From contig CAIYQO010000302.1 of NCBI GenBank assembly GCA_903928345.1, forward strand, positions 5,680-69,679: a DNA stretch of 64,000 nucleotides, in the 5' to 3' direction. The DNA is from an uncultured bacterium (lineage in GTDB: Bacteria; Armatimonadota; Hebobacteria; CAIYQO01). Both the position numbers and the translations under genes were made by a program. Of this stretch, positions 39,388 through 49,491 are shown piece by piece. Numbering within the stretch: position 1 is the stretch's first letter; every line of letters starts with the position of its first letter. The notes below the pieces were generated by a model. It was not told the DNA's origin and did not search any database. It saw only the letters and a program-made list of their open reading frames with translations.

Positions 39388-40172
39388 CAGTCTTTCTCCA
39401 ATGCGGTAAAGGTCACGTACTTGCCCTTGCCGCGCTCGATGACGGGACGATCAGGCAGGGTCACCACGACGAGGCTGCCGTTGGCCCCGGGCACGGCGCC
39501 CTTGAGGACAAGCATGTTCTTTTCGGCGTCGGCGCGCACCACGGTCAGGCCCTTCACGGTTACCTGTTCGTTGCCCATGTGGCCCGGGCGGCGGGCGCCG
39601 GGGAAGACGCGGGCGGCATCGGTGGCGCCGCCGGAAGCCGGCTTGCGGTGGAACATGGAACCGTGGGAAGCCTTGCCACCCTTGAAGCCGTAGCGTTTCA
39701 TGACGCCGGCGAAGCCGCGGCCTTTGGAGGTGCCCGCCACGTTGACCTTCTCACCGGCGGTGAAGAGGTCGGCGCGCAGAATGGCGCCTTCGGCGAAATC
39801 GTCCGGGACGGCGACGGTGAATTCCTGCAGGTAGCGCAGCGGTGGCACATTGTGCTTGGTGAAGTGCCCGAGGGCGGCCAGGGTAATGCGGCGCTGCTTG
39901 CCACGGGGATCCGTGTCAATGGAGGTGCGCGTATTCGTTTTGCGGCGCTGGTCGTGTTCGCGGCGCAGCTCTTCGGCATGCTTCACGTCGCGCTCTTCGA
40001 ACTCGAGATACCCGAGCTGGACGGCTTCGTAGCCGTCGCGCTGTTTCGTGCGCCGCTGTACCACATAGCAGGGTCCGACTTCCAACACCGTCACCGGCAC
40101 GGCCTTGCCGTCCGGATCGAAGAGCTGCGTCATGCCCACCTTGCGTCCCATGATCATCTTGCGAACTGCCAT
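39387..40172 (-). CDS. rplC: 50S ribosomal protein L3 with a ~60-aa internal insertion.
   Basis: MAVRKMIMGRKVGMTQLF...; FKGGKASHGSMFHRKPASGG. Start at 40172 (MAVRK) rather than 40238. Confidence 0.85.
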   Translation of the reverse strand: MAVRKMIMGRKVGMTQLFDPDGKAVPVTVLEVGPCYVVQRRTKQRDGYEAVQLGYLEFEERDVKHAEELRREHDQRRKTNTRTSIDTDPRGKQRRITLAALGHFTKHNVPPLRYLQEFTVAVPDDFAEGAILRADLFTAGEKVNVAGTSKGRGFAGVMKRYGFKGGKASHGSMFHRKPASGGATDAARVFPGARRPGHMGNEQVTVKGLTVVRADAEKNMLVLKGAVPGANGSLVVVTLPDRPVIERGKGKYVTFTALEKD

Positions 40173-40271
40173 GGTTGTGTCCTTATCCTTTCCCGTCCCT
40201 AGCGGAGTCGTGAGCGGACTCATAGGGTTCCGGCGCAACCTGCGCCGGGTCCCGGCCCGCGGAGGGAGGGC

Positions 40272-40601
40272 CTAGATCTTGATCTCGATGTTTACACCGC
40301 CCGGCAGGTCGATACGCATGAGCGCGTCGATCGTCTTCGGATTCGGCTCCAGGATGTCGATGAGCCGCTTGTGCGTGCGCATCTCGAAGTGCTCCATCGA
40401 CTCTTTGTCGATGTGCGGCGAGCGGATCACGCAAAAGCGATTGATCTCGGTGGGCAGCGGCACGGGGCCCGCGATACGGGCGCCGGTGCGGCGGGCCGTC
40501 TCCACGATCTTCACGGCCGACTGGTCCAGAATCCGGTGGTCGAACGACTTCAGTCGGATACGAATTTTGTCGCTCGGCACGTTGCGAGTTTGTTTACGCA
40601 T
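40272..40601 (-). CDS. rpsJ: 30S ribosomal protein S10.
   Basis: [22 protein letters not shown] matches S10. Confidence 0.9.
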   Translation of the reverse strand: MRKQTRNVPSDKIRIRLKSFDHRILDQSAVKIVETARRTGARIAGPVPLPTEINRFCVIRSPHIDKESMEHFEMRTHKRLIDILEPNPKTIDALMRIDLPGGVNIEIKI

Positions 40602-40688
40602 GGACGGTATGCCTCCGCTTGAAACAACGTATGCGCTGTTTCGGGCTTCTTGTCACGGTACATGTATCCCTGGGGACACACAGTTGAG

Positions 40689-40718
40689 AATTATAAGGTT
40701 TTCGCCCGCTCAAGTCAA
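40689..40718 (-). promoter_or_regulatory. Consensus sigma-70 promoter (TTGACT-17-TATAAT) for the S10 operon, with ~80-nt leader.
   Basis: Minus strand reads TTGACTtgagcgggcgaaaacctTATAATtctcaactg. Lies between the fusA stop and the rpsJ start. Confidence 0.5.
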
Positions 40719-40797
40719 CAGGTTGGACGAAAATAGTTGTCGGCGGTGAATCTGCTGTCGGCACATCCGGTTTCCGACTGCCGCACCGCGCCGTCCC

Positions 40798-42866
40798 TCA
40801 CTTGCCGATCACTTCTTCGGCAATGGATTTCGGCACTTCCTGGTAATGCGACGGCTCCATCGCATAGTTGGCGCGGCCTTGCGACAGCGAGCGCACGGTG
40901 GTGGCGTAGCCGAACATTTCGGAGAGCGGCACCTTGGAGCGAATGGCTTGCAGGCCGCCCGGTTGTGCTTCCAGGCCGTCGATATGCGCGCGACGCGAAC
41001 TCAGGTCGCCCATGATCTCGCCCATGTTCAATTCCGGGCAGATCACTTCCACGCGCATGATCGGTTCCAGCAGGATCGGCTTCGCTTTCCGCATCGCCTC
41101 TTTGAAGGCAATGGAGCCGGCGAACTTGAAGGACATCTCGTCGGAGTCCACTTCGTGGTAGGAACCGTCGTAGAGCGTCACCTGCAGGTCGATCACCGGG
41201 TAGCCGCCGAGGACGCCGTTGTCCAGCGCCTCGCGGATCCCCTGTTCCACCGCGGGGATGTACTCACGCGGCACTACGCCGCCCACCACGCCGTCGACGA
41301 AGCGGAAACCGGCGCCGGTCTCCAACGGGGCGATTTCGATGCGGACGTGGCCGTACTTGCCGCGGCCCCCCGTCTGGCGGATGTAGCGCCCTTCGGCCTT
41401 CGCGATCTGCGTGACCGTCTCACGGTACGCAACCTGCGGCCGACCGATGTTCGCTTCGACGCGCGATTCGCGGCGCAGCCGGTCCACGATGATCTCCAGG
41501 TGCAATTCGCCCATGCCGGAGATGATCGTCTGCCCGGTTTCGGCATCGGTGTATTGGCGGAAGGTGGGGTCCTCCGCGGCCAGGCGCACCAACCCGTTGG
41601 TCAACTTCTCCTCGTCCACCTTCGTCTTCGGCTCGATCGCCACCGAGATGACGGGTTCGGGGAAGTGGATCTTTTCCAGCAGCACCTGGTCCGCATGTCC
41701 GGTGAGGGTATCGCCCGTCGTGGTGGTGTCGAGACCGACGACGGCCACGATATCGCCGGCACGCACTTCCTCCACCTCTTCGCGGTGGTTGGCGTGCATG
41801 CGCAGGACACGGCCCAGGCGCTCGCGCTTGCCCTTGCTGACGTTCATCGCGCGGTGCCCTTGGCGACGGTGCCGCTGTAGCAGCGCAGGTAGGTGATGCG
41901 GCCCACGTAGGGGTCGGACATAATCTTAAACGCGAGGGCGCTGAAGGGGGCGTCGTCACTCGGCTCGCGCCAGAGTTCTTCGCCCGTGTGCGGGTCTTCC
42001 CCGCGTACGGCGCCGACGTCCAGCGGCGAGGGGAGGTATTCCACCACGGCGTCCATCAGCGGCTGCACGCCCTTGTTGCGGAAGGAGGCGCCGCAGAGCA
42101 CGGGGACGATCTCGATGCGCAGCGTGCCCGCACGGATTCCCGCGCGGATCTCCTCTTCGCTAAACGTCCCGCCCTCGAGATATTTGTGCATCAGCGTGTC
42201 GCTGCCGTCGGCGGCCGCCTCGATGACGTGCTCGCGATGCTCCAGGGCCAGGGCCATCAGGTCGGCGGGGATCTCCGTTTCGATCATCTGTTGACCCAAC
42301 TCGTCGGGGTACAGCAGCGCGACCATGCGCACCAGGTCAATGACGCCCTTGAACTCGCCCTCTTCGCCGATGGGGAGCTGCAGCGGCACCGGGCGGATGC
42401 CCAGCCGCTCGCGCATGGATTCCAGCACGCGGAAGAAGCTGGCGCCGGTGCGATCCATCTTATTGATGAAGGCGATGCGCGGCACCTTATAGCGATTGGC
42501 CTGCCGCCACACCGTCTCCGATTGCGGCTGCACGCCGCCCACGGCGCAGAACAGGCCGATGACGCCGTCGAGCACGCGCATGGAGCGTTCCACTTCCATG
42601 GTGAAGTCGACGTGTCCCGGCGTGTCGATGATGGTAATCAGGTGGTCGCGCCAGTGGCAGGACGTGGCCGCGGAGGTGATGGTGATGCCGCGTTCCTGCT
42701 CCTGCGGCATCCAGTCCATGGTGGCGGCGCCATCATGCACCTCACCCATGCGATGCAGCCGTCCGGTGTAGAACAGCATGCGCTCGGTGGTCGTGGTCTT
42801 GCCGGCGTCGATGTGCGCGGCGATTCCGATATTACGTGTACGTTCCAGTGGGTATTCTCGTGCCAT
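40798..42866 (-). CDS. fusA: Elongation factor G (canonical fusA), split into two ORFs by an apparent 1-nt indel near 41845.
   Basis: N-terminal half: [27 protein letters not shown]-terminal half: YHEVDS, domain V. The two ORFs abut at 41844/41847. Inserting one nucleotide in gcgcgATGaac restores ...[18 protein letters not shown]..., which is co-linear with Thermus EF-G (TLTSGSYVYNTTKGRKER). Confidence 0.85.
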
Positions 42867-43007
42867 AGTATTCTCAAGCTCCGCGTCCTGCGTGCGCGCC
42901 CTGGGCGCGTCCTGGATCGGCCCGGTTCCCCGAGCAGGCATCCGGGACAGACGAAGTCCCATCCCTATGAACGGGATGGGACTCGTACATGTACCGGAAA
43001 GGGTGTC

Positions 43008-43478
43008 TTAGTACCGGTAGTGGGCGAAGGCCTTGTTGGCTTCGGCCATGCGGTGCGTGTCGTCGCGCTTTTTCACCGAGGCGCCGCTATTATTGGCGGC
43101 GTCCATCAGCTCGCCGGCGAGCTTTTCGCTCATCGTCTTGCCGCCGCGCTTGCGCGCGTTGCTGATGATCCAGCGCATGCCCAGGTCGAGTTTGCGCACG
43201 GCGCGCACTTCCATCGGCACCTGGTAGGTAGCGCCGCCCACGCGGCGAGGACGTACCTCGACGGCGGGGATGACGTTGCGCATGGCAACTTCGAGCACTT
43301 CCAGCGGATCTTTGCTCGTGCGCTTGTTAATCAGATCCAGCGCGCGGTAGAAGATCCCCTCGGCGATGCTTTTCTTGCCGCCGTGCATCATCTTATTGAT
43401 GAAGCGGCTGATCAGCTCACTGTTGTAGACGGCGTCCGGCACGATCAAGCGGCGCGGCGCAGGTCCTTTTCTCGGCAT
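43008..43478 (-). CDS. rpsG: 30S ribosomal protein S7.
   Basis: [22 protein letters not shown] matches S7. Confidence 0.9.
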   Translation of the reverse strand: MPRKGPAPRRLIVPDAVYNSELISRFINKMMHGGKKSIAEGIFYRALDLINKRTSKDPLEVLEVAMRNVIPAVEVRPRRVGGATYQVPMEVRAVRKLDLGMRWIISNARKRGGKTMSEKLAGELMDAANNSGASVKKRDDTHRMAEANKAFAHYRY

Positions 43479-43530
43479 AGTGGTTCAACCCTCACGATGC
43501 GATCTCCGCCCACGGCGGACACACTATTTA

Positions 43531-43980
43531 TTACTTGCGGCCCTTCGCCGCGGCCTGGCCGGGCTTCGGGCGCTTGGCGCCGTATTTCGAACGCCCCTGC
43601 TTACGATTCGCCACGCCGGCGGTATCGAGCACGCCACGGACGATGTGGTAGCGGATCCCCGGCAGGTCCTTCACGCGGCCGCCGCGAATCATCACGACGG
43701 AGTGTTCCTGCAGGTTGTGCCCCTCGCCCGGAATGTAGGCGGTGACTTCGATGCGGTTGGTGAGGCGGACGCGCGCCACTTTGCGCAGCGCCGAGTTCGG
43801 CTTCTTCGGGGTCACGGTCCAGACACGCGTGCAGACGCCGCGCTTCAGCGGGCCCTCGGTCATGACGTACTTGCGCTTATTGCTGTTAAAGTTCCAGCTC
43901 AACGCCCAACGCACGGTCGGGGTGATCTTCACGTGCGCCCGCTGACGCCCCTTACGAACTAATTGATTGATGGTCGGCAC
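43531..43980 (-). CDS. rpsL: 30S ribosomal protein S12 (GTG start).
   Basis: [13 protein letters not shown]...[16 protein letters not shown] matches S12. GGAGAG SD before the GTG at 43980. Confidence 0.9.
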   Translation of the reverse strand: MPTINQLVRKGRQRAHVKITPTVRWALSWNFNSNKRKYVMTEGPLKRGVCTRVWTVTPKKPNSALRKVARVRLTNRIEVTAYIPGEGHNLQEHSVVMIRGGRVKDLPGIRYHIVRGVLDTAGVANRKQGRSKYGAKRPKPGQAAAKGRK

Positions 43981-44063
43981 GCAGGCCTCTCCTTCATCGG
44001 AAAATCGCGACGGTGGGCCGGAAAATTCTCGGCACACGCAACGCCGCTCCGCGCGTCACGCCG

Positions 44064-44093
44064 AGCGGTTCACACAGCGGGTGATTGTAACAA
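44064..44093 (-). promoter_or_regulatory. Sigma-70-like promoter (TTGACA-17-TACAAT) for rpsL-rpsG-fusA.
   Basis: Minus strand reads TTGACAaagcctgcgtcgctttgTTACAATcacc. Leader ~75 nt. Confidence 0.45.
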
Positions 44094-44327
44094 AGCGACG
44101 CAGGCTTTGTCAACAGATACGCGTGGTTTTTTTCCCTACCGCGTAACTTAGCGGGCCATGCGCTCCGTCGCACGGGCGATTCAGGTCCGCCGCGCGGTTT
44201 TCGCGGAGGGCTTCCGCCCCCGAAAACCTCGGTCGTCGCGCATCCCCATCTCTCATTTCCACCTCTCCCGCCTCTTCCCCTTCCCACCCTGCCCCTTATT
44301 CGCCTGTTAACACGGCGTTTGTTGGGG

Positions 44328-44333
44328 TATAAT
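44328..44333 (+). promoter_or_regulatory. TATAAT -10 element 8 nt upstream of the LptD-like ATG (near-leaderless transcript).
   Basis: gttggggTATAATAGCTgccATG shares the TATAATAGCT motif with the rtcB upstream region. Confidence 0.35.
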
Positions 44334-44340
44334 AGCTGCC

Positions 44341-46563
44341 ATGTCCACCTTTTCGCTGCACCGCTCGGGTCGTCTACTGGGCGCCCTGGCGCTGCTGTTG
44401 TGCGTGGGCGCCTCAGGCGCGCACGCGACGGCGGCGAATTATAATATCCAGGCCACCGCGCAGCCCAAGCGTCTGACCTACGGCGACGACAACCGGGTGA
44501 CGTTGTCCGTGCACGTACTCGACGGGAAAACGGGGGGGCCGGCCGCCGACGGCACGTCGGTCTTCCTCTACACCACGCTGGGCACCCTCTCCGCCACCAC
44601 CTGCTATACGCAGCATGGGGAGATCAGCGCGCTGCTGGACAACACCACCGGCCCGGGCAAGGCGTACGTCACCGTGACCGTGGGGGATACGCAGGAGACA
44701 CTGCTGGTGGAATACCTGGGGGCCGGCGGCACGGCGTCGGGCACGCCGGTGGCGCAGACGCGCCCCAACTATCGGCTGGATGCCGGACAGGTGTATTTCA
44801 GCGCCGACAAACGCATCTTCGACTTGCGCGATACCGCCAAATTCACCGCCCTCGCCTTCACCATCACCGCGGGAGCGATCCAGTACGACGTGGCGAACAA
44901 CATCATCACCGCGCAGAGCGACGTGGTGGTCAACGCGGGGAGCAGCACGATCTCCGGCGAGAAGATGCGCCTGGACCTGGTGACGGGGCGCGGGGCGATC
45001 GTGGTCGTCAACCCGAGCATCGCCTACCTCTCCCTCACGCTGCCCGCGCTGAACGCCCACGAAGACGACGACGCGAAGAGCACCGACTTCACCCCGCTCA
45101 ATCCGTTGCCCACGCACACCTGGATCGTCTGCCACCCGGCGACGATGGCGCCATCCGCGCCGACGCCCCCCCCACCCTACCCCGGTTTTGCCACCTACAA
45201 GGTCGACAAACAGGTCAGCGGCGCACTGCCGGCGGGGATGCGGCCTCCCAAGCTGTGGAAGATGCCCGACTACCAGGTGATCGTCTATCCGAACGACATG
45301 GTGCTCTTCCACCAGCCGTCCTTTTACCTCAACGAATTCGACCATCCGCTTTTTTCCCTCCCCTACCACGTGCTCGACCTGCGCACGCCGCAGGGGGGCA
45401 CCTTCTTCAACAGCGACATCAGCCTGGCGTCGGACGCCGGGTTGAACATTGACTTTCCCTTCTACTACATCGCCACGGGCAACCGCACCGGGGCGCTGCA
45501 CTTCCGCCGCGTCACGCCCGGGTCGCAATACTTCCGTGGGGAATCCGGCTTCCAGTTGGATATGGAGGAAGAGTACCTGGTGGGCAACAAAACGGGGGAC
45601 GGCGGCGTCTACTTCGACGACCTGACCAACCCCACGCGCAGTATTTCGTGGGATCACAACCAGACGTTCGGATCGAATACGCACCTCAGCATGAACGCCT
45701 CCTATAGCCGCTACACCGCCGATACGCCCTACACGGCGCGCGGAGGGTTTGACTACTCACGCTCCTTCGGGCCCATCAACACCAACCTGCGCGCCACGGT
45801 GTCGCAGTTCCAGGAGCACCAGAACGGCGTCTACGAGCTGTACGTCACCCCCCCGGCGGTACCGTTGTTGCGCAACAAGATAACGCTGAGCTTCTCGCCT
45901 TATATCGGGTTCGAGCACGACAGCGACGTGAACGCCACCACCAACGAAAAGACGGCGACAAACAGCTTCTACCAGGGGTTGGGCACCTCGCTGGGGCTGC
46001 CTTCCTTCTCGAAGTGGGGCTGCGGCATCACGGAGAACGTGAGCAACGAACTCTCGCGTGACGGCGCCGGCACGGTGACCGACTACATCGACCTGGGCGC
46101 CAGCCTGCGGCGCGACCTGATCGACTCCTTCACCACCTCGTTGACCTACGGGTATAGCATTACGCGCACCTTCATCGCGGCGCCCGGCATCATGCCGGCG
46201 TCCACCCAGCCCAGCCAGCATCTCAGCGTGGACCTGACCGGCGGGCGGGCGCAGCGGTGGAGCTTCTACGCGTATTCGTCATATACCATCGAGTCAAAGT
46301 CGTTGTACAATTCCCTGACCTACACCTATTACCCGCCCTTCGACCGCGCGAAGGACGGCACCCCGCGTTTGTTTATCCGCTTCACCGCCCACCAGACCAC
46401 CGGCGATGTCAGCACCACCGACCAGCTCATCTCCGTCGGGCGCAATATCGGCCTGTACACCGTGGTGTGCCACTTCTCCCCCACCGGCAACACCGGCGTC
46501 TCCGGCATCGGCTCCGCCACCGGCCAGTCCTTCGCGGTGGAGCTGCAACGGCAGGGGTTCTGA
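44341..46563 (+). CDS. LptD/OstA-like outer-membrane LPS-assembly protein (signal peptide, OstA-like N-domain, beta-barrel, C-terminal Phe).
   Basis: Signal peptide LLGALALLLCVGASGAHA. OstA-like beta-jellyroll block (YFSADKRIFDLRDTA...ITAQSDVVVNAGSSTISGEKM). Y/G/S/T-rich alternating C-terminal 400 aa ending ...LQRQGF. Confidence 0.6.
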   Translation: MSTFSLHRSGRLLGALALLLCVGASGAHATAANYNIQATAQPKRLTYGDDNRVTLSVHVLDGKTGGPAADGTSVFLYTTLGTLSATTCYTQHGEISALLDNTTGPGKAYVTVTVGDTQETLLVEYLGAGGTASGTPVAQTRPNYRLDAGQVYFSADKRIFDLRDTAKFTALAFTITAGAIQYDVANNIITAQSDVVVNAGSSTISGEKMRLDLVTGRGAIVVVNPSIAYLSLTLPALNAHEDDDAKSTDFTPLNPLPTHTWIVCHPATMAPSAPTPPPPYPGFATYKVDKQVSGALPAGMRPPKLWKMPDYQVIVYPNDMVLFHQPSFYLNEFDHPLFSLPYHVLDLRTPQGGTFFNSDISLASDAGLNIDFPFYYIATGNRTGALHFRRVTPGSQYFRGESGFQLDMEEEYLVGNKTGDGGVYFDDLTNPTRSISWDHNQTFGSNTHLSMNASYSRYTADTPYTARGGFDYSRSFGPINTNLRATVSQFQEHQNGVYELYVTPPAVPLLRNKITLSFSPYIGFEHDSDVNATTNEKTATNSFYQGLGTSLGLPSFSKWGCGITENVSNELSRDGAGTVTDYIDLGASLRRDLIDSFTTSLTYGYSITRTFIAAPGIMPASTQPSQHLSVDLTGGRAQRWSFYAYSSYTIESKSLYNSLTYTYYPPFDRAKDGTPRLFIRFTAHQTTGDVSTTDQLISVGRNIGLYTVVCHFSPTGNTGVSGIGSATGQSFAVELQRQGF

Positions 46564-46564
46564 C

Positions 46565-46598
46565 GATTGCGGATTTTGGATTGCGGATTGCGGATTGA
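46565..46598. repeat. Tandem heptamer repeat (GATTGCG)n, ~5 units.
   Basis: cGATTGCGGATTTTGGATTGCGGATTGCGGATTGAag lies immediately after the LptD-like stop. Confidence 0.5.
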
Positions 46599-46608
46599 AG
46601 CCGGAGAA

Positions 46609-46686
46609 GGCGGGACAGCCACCACTTTTCCGCAACTAGCGTGCAATAACGGAGCCCGGGGTTGGAAAAGTGGTGGCAGTCCCGCC
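46609..46686 (+). terminator. Long hairpin (26-28-bp near-perfect inverted repeat) after the LptD-like gene.
   Basis: ggcgggacagccaccacttttccgcaac ... gttggaaaagtggtggcagtcccgcc (2 mismatches), 24-nt loop. Confidence 0.5.
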
Positions 46687-46708
46687 TTTCCCGGGGTATG
46701 AGGTGACT

Positions 46709-47647
46709 ATGACGGCGCCGGTACGGGAAGGCATGGCGGAGGCGGAGTGGGCGCGGGCGCGGGCGACGGCGGAGCGGCAACGCGCGGGGCTGCTGCGTCG
46801 CACGCGGGTCCGTACGGACATCGGCGGGGTGGCGCGCCTGTGGCGCCGCACCGGCGCGCCGACGCAGGTGCTCATTCAGCCGGGCATGGCCGACGATCTG
46901 CCCGCGCTCCTCTCCGCGCTGGCGGTCGAGCTGGCGTGGCCGGGGGCGGCGGCGACGGGGCATGCGGATATCGTGGCCGTGTGGGCGTGCGCGTGGCAGG
47001 TGCGCGAAGACGCCGACCTGCGCCTAGCCTGCGGGTGGAACCCCGCGGGCGCCTTCCAGGGCGCGGCGTGGCTGCAGCCGGTGGAGGGGCCGACGCGCCC
47101 GTTGCTCGCCGACGGCGCGCTGGTCGCCGCGCTGGACACCTACGCCGCGGCGCCGGTGCACAGCGCCTCCCCCCACGGGCAACTGCTCGACGCCAACGCG
47201 GCGATGCAGGCGGGGGAGTACGCCGCGGCGCGCGACCTGTATCTGCACGCGGTGGAAGCGCTGCCCGACCATCCGCAGGCGCGGCACAACCTGGCCATCG
47301 CGCTGGCGCGCCTGGGGGCATGGGAGGAAGCCGCGGCGGCGATGCTCCGTGCGCGCGAGTTGGCCCCCCGTGACGCGCAGCTCGGGATGGAATACCTGGC
47401 GCTGGAGACGGATGCCGGGGTGCAGGCCGTGCAGGAGGACGCGCTGGAGCGTGCCGCGGGCCATTTTCTGCGCGTGCTGGCGCTGTGGCCGGAAGAGCCC
47501 ACCGCGCTGGCGAACCTGGGCAACATCCGCCTGCGGGAAGGCCGCGGCGCCGAGGCCCGCGCCATCTTTCGCCGCTTCCTGCGCCGCTACCCCGACCACC
47601 CCATCGCCGAACGCCTGACGCAGGCGCTGCACGACATCGGGGAGTAA
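46709..47647 (+). CDS. TPR-repeat protein.
   Basis: Repeated A-x-x-L/Y helical-pair pattern (AMQAGEYAAARDLYLHAVEALPDHPQARHNLAIALARLGAWEEAAAAM...). Start uncertain (46670 or 46709). Confidence 0.55.
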   Translation: MTAPVREGMAEAEWARARATAERQRAGLLRRTRVRTDIGGVARLWRRTGAPTQVLIQPGMADDLPALLSALAVELAWPGAAATGHADIVAVWACAWQVREDADLRLACGWNPAGAFQGAAWLQPVEGPTRPLLADGALVAALDTYAAAPVHSASPHGQLLDANAAMQAGEYAAARDLYLHAVEALPDHPQARHNLAIALARLGAWEEAAAAMLRARELAPRDAQLGMEYLALETDAGVQAVQEDALERAAGHFLRVLALWPEEPTALANLGNIRLREGRGAEARAIFRRFLRRYPDHPIAERLTQALHDIGE

Positions 47648-47707
47648 GGTGGCATGGCCGTCCCGGCCATGGGTTCACGGGCGAGACACCCGTGCCACGT
47701 GCCGGCG

Positions 47708-48418
47708 CTATTCCTGCAGCATGGGCTCGTCCGTCGGCGGGGCGGGGGGCACGGGGACGGCGTGGAGGTCGTCTTCGATGCGCTTGCTGACGTAGAAGTT
47801 GTTGCCGACGATGCGAGTGATGCGCACGGCGGCGAAGCGCGGGATGAGCACCGCTTCGTTGCTGCGCGCCGGGGCGGTGATGCGCTGCCCCATAGCCACG
47901 TAGGCGATTTCGCCGAAGCCCTGCTCGGGAATCGCCACCGTCACCTCGGCCTCTTCGCCCACCAGCGCACTCAGGCGCACCTCGCTGCTCGACTGCAGGT
48001 TGCCCAGCACCTTGTTGAAGAAGTTGAGGAGCAGCCATGCCAGGACCGTGCCCGCGGCCAGCGCACACACGATCGCCAGCACGCCGAAGAAGCCCAGCTT
48101 GGTAAGGATGATCCCGGTGGCGCCGAAGCAGGTGAGGAAGAAGGCGATCACCAGCGGCGAGAAGGGGCCGAAGATGGCGCTGTCGCTCTGGTCGGCGCCG
48201 ATCGACTTACCCACGCCCTGGCCGTGCTGCCCGGAGCCGTGTACGCCGTAGGTATGGGAGACCTGCCCCACGTGCCCGCCGCCGTGGCCGAAATGCCCGA
48301 CGTGCAGGTGGCCGACGTGGCCGAAGGCCCCGCCGACTTCGCCCAGGATGAAGGACAGGATCGTGTAGCCGATGCCCACGATCAAGCAAATCCAATATGC
48401 GGTGATGACCCACTCCAT
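47708..48418 (-). CDS. NfeD-family membrane protein with His/Gly-rich loop.
   Basis: N-terminal TM segments, His-rich HVGHLHVGHFGHGGGHVGQVSHTYGVHGSGQHGQG, and C-terminal OB-fold-like SEVRLSALVGEEAEVTVAIPEQGFGEIAYVAMGQRITAPA. Confidence 0.6.
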   Translation of the reverse strand: MEWVITAYWICLIVGIGYTILSFILGEVGGAFGHVGHLHVGHFGHGGGHVGQVSHTYGVHGSGQHGQGVGKSIGADQSDSAIFGPFSPLVIAFFLTCFGATGIILTKLGFFGVLAIVCALAAGTVLAWLLLNFFNKVLGNLQSSSEVRLSALVGEEAEVTVAIPEQGFGEIAYVAMGQRITAPARSNEAVLIPRFAAVRITRIVGNNFYVSKRIEDDLHAVPVPPAPPTDEPMLQE

Positions 48419-48578
48419 GTCGCTACCCTCACTGGTTAAACCAATACTATTTTATTCCCACCCTCGCGATTACGCAAGCGGTTGCGCAAGAAAATCCCCC
48501 CACGGCGTCGCCCCGCGCCGGCAGGAGTTTCCCCGGGGCGACGGGAACTGAGCAGTAGCCCGCAACCCGGAGGCGCAG

Positions 48579-49319
48579 ATGGCGATTATCGATTGCTACG
48601 GTCAGCTCGGACCGCAACCCTACCCCACGCAGGCCACGACGCCCGACGACCTGGAGCGCCTGATGACGCGCTTCGGCGTGGATATGACCTTTGTGGCGGC
48701 CACCGAGGCGCTGCGCGGCTCGATGAGCGCCGGCAACGCGTGGCTGGCCGAGCAGATCGAAAACCGCCCACGCTTCCGCGGCTACTGCGTGGTGAACCCG
48801 CTCATGCTGGAAACCTCGCAGGAGGACATGCGCCGCCATCTGTCGCGCGAACTGTTCGTGGGGGCGATGCTCTCCGAGGGGTACGTCCGCCGCCCGCTTA
48901 ACGCGGAGCCGATGCTGGCGCTGGTGAAGAGCCTGTTGCGCTACGACCGCCCGCTGCTGCTGCAAATCTCCGACCCGCGGGAGATCAACGACCTGTGGGA
49001 GGTCGCCAAGCAATACACCACACAGCGCTTCATCATCCTGCACATGGCCAACGAGCACTGGCCCATGGCGGTGTCGCTGGCGTCGAAGATCACCAACGTA
49101 TACCTGGAGACGGGCGGCATGGTGGCGGACTACGACAAACTGGCCGAGGCGCTGGAGATCATCGGCGGCCACCGCCTCCTCTTCGGCTCCGGCATGCCCC
49201 TCATCAACCCCGTCTACGCCCTCGGCATGGTGCGCGACTCCGCCATCCCCGCGATGGAAAAAGAGCGTATCCTGGCGAAGAACGCGCGGAAGGTGTTCAA
49301 CCTGGATCAGACGGGATAA
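48579..49319 (+). CDS. Amidohydrolase-2 family (TIM-barrel metal-dependent hydrolase).
   Basis: MAIIDCYGQLGP... N-terminal beta-strand plus His motifs; FIILHMANEHWP; ~246 aa. Confidence 0.6.
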   Translation: MAIIDCYGQLGPQPYPTQATTPDDLERLMTRFGVDMTFVAATEALRGSMSAGNAWLAEQIENRPRFRGYCVVNPLMLETSQEDMRRHLSRELFVGAMLSEGYVRRPLNAEPMLALVKSLLRYDRPLLLQISDPREINDLWEVAKQYTTQRFIILHMANEHWPMAVSLASKITNVYLETGGMVADYDKLAEALEIIGGHRLLFGSGMPLINPVYALGMVRDSAIPAMEKERILAKNARKVFNLDQTG

Positions 49320-49328
49320 GGGACGGGA

Positions 49329-49482
49329 ACCGCAAAGACGCAAAGAGCGCAAAGAACACGCAAAGAGATCGCGTAAGGGCCGGGTGGAAAATCGGCAGCC
49401 CAATCTGTTTGGGTACCGATCTTGCATCCGGCCCTTTGCCAATCCCTTCGCGGGTCCTTTGCGTCCTTTGTGTCTTTGCGGT
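49329..49482. repeat. Complex multi-stem palindromic element with GCAAAG / CTTTG direct repeats. Bidirectional terminator-like, between the amidohydrolase and darA.
   Basis: ccgcaaagacgcaaagagcgcaaagaacacgcaaagag ... gggccgg...ccggccc ... gggtcctttgcgtcctttgtgtctttgcgg. The right arm is related to 12958-12992. Confidence 0.5.
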
Positions 49483-49491
49483 TATTCCGTC

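Noticed and set aside
41988-43745. 585-aa plus-strand ORF across fusA and rpsG.
   Set aside because: Antisense to unmistakable EF-G and S7 coding sequence.
46872-48068. 398-aa minus-strand ORF and other Ala/Arg/Pro-rich ORFs over the TPR gene.
   Set aside because: Compositional artefacts. The TPR reading frame has the repeat periodicity.
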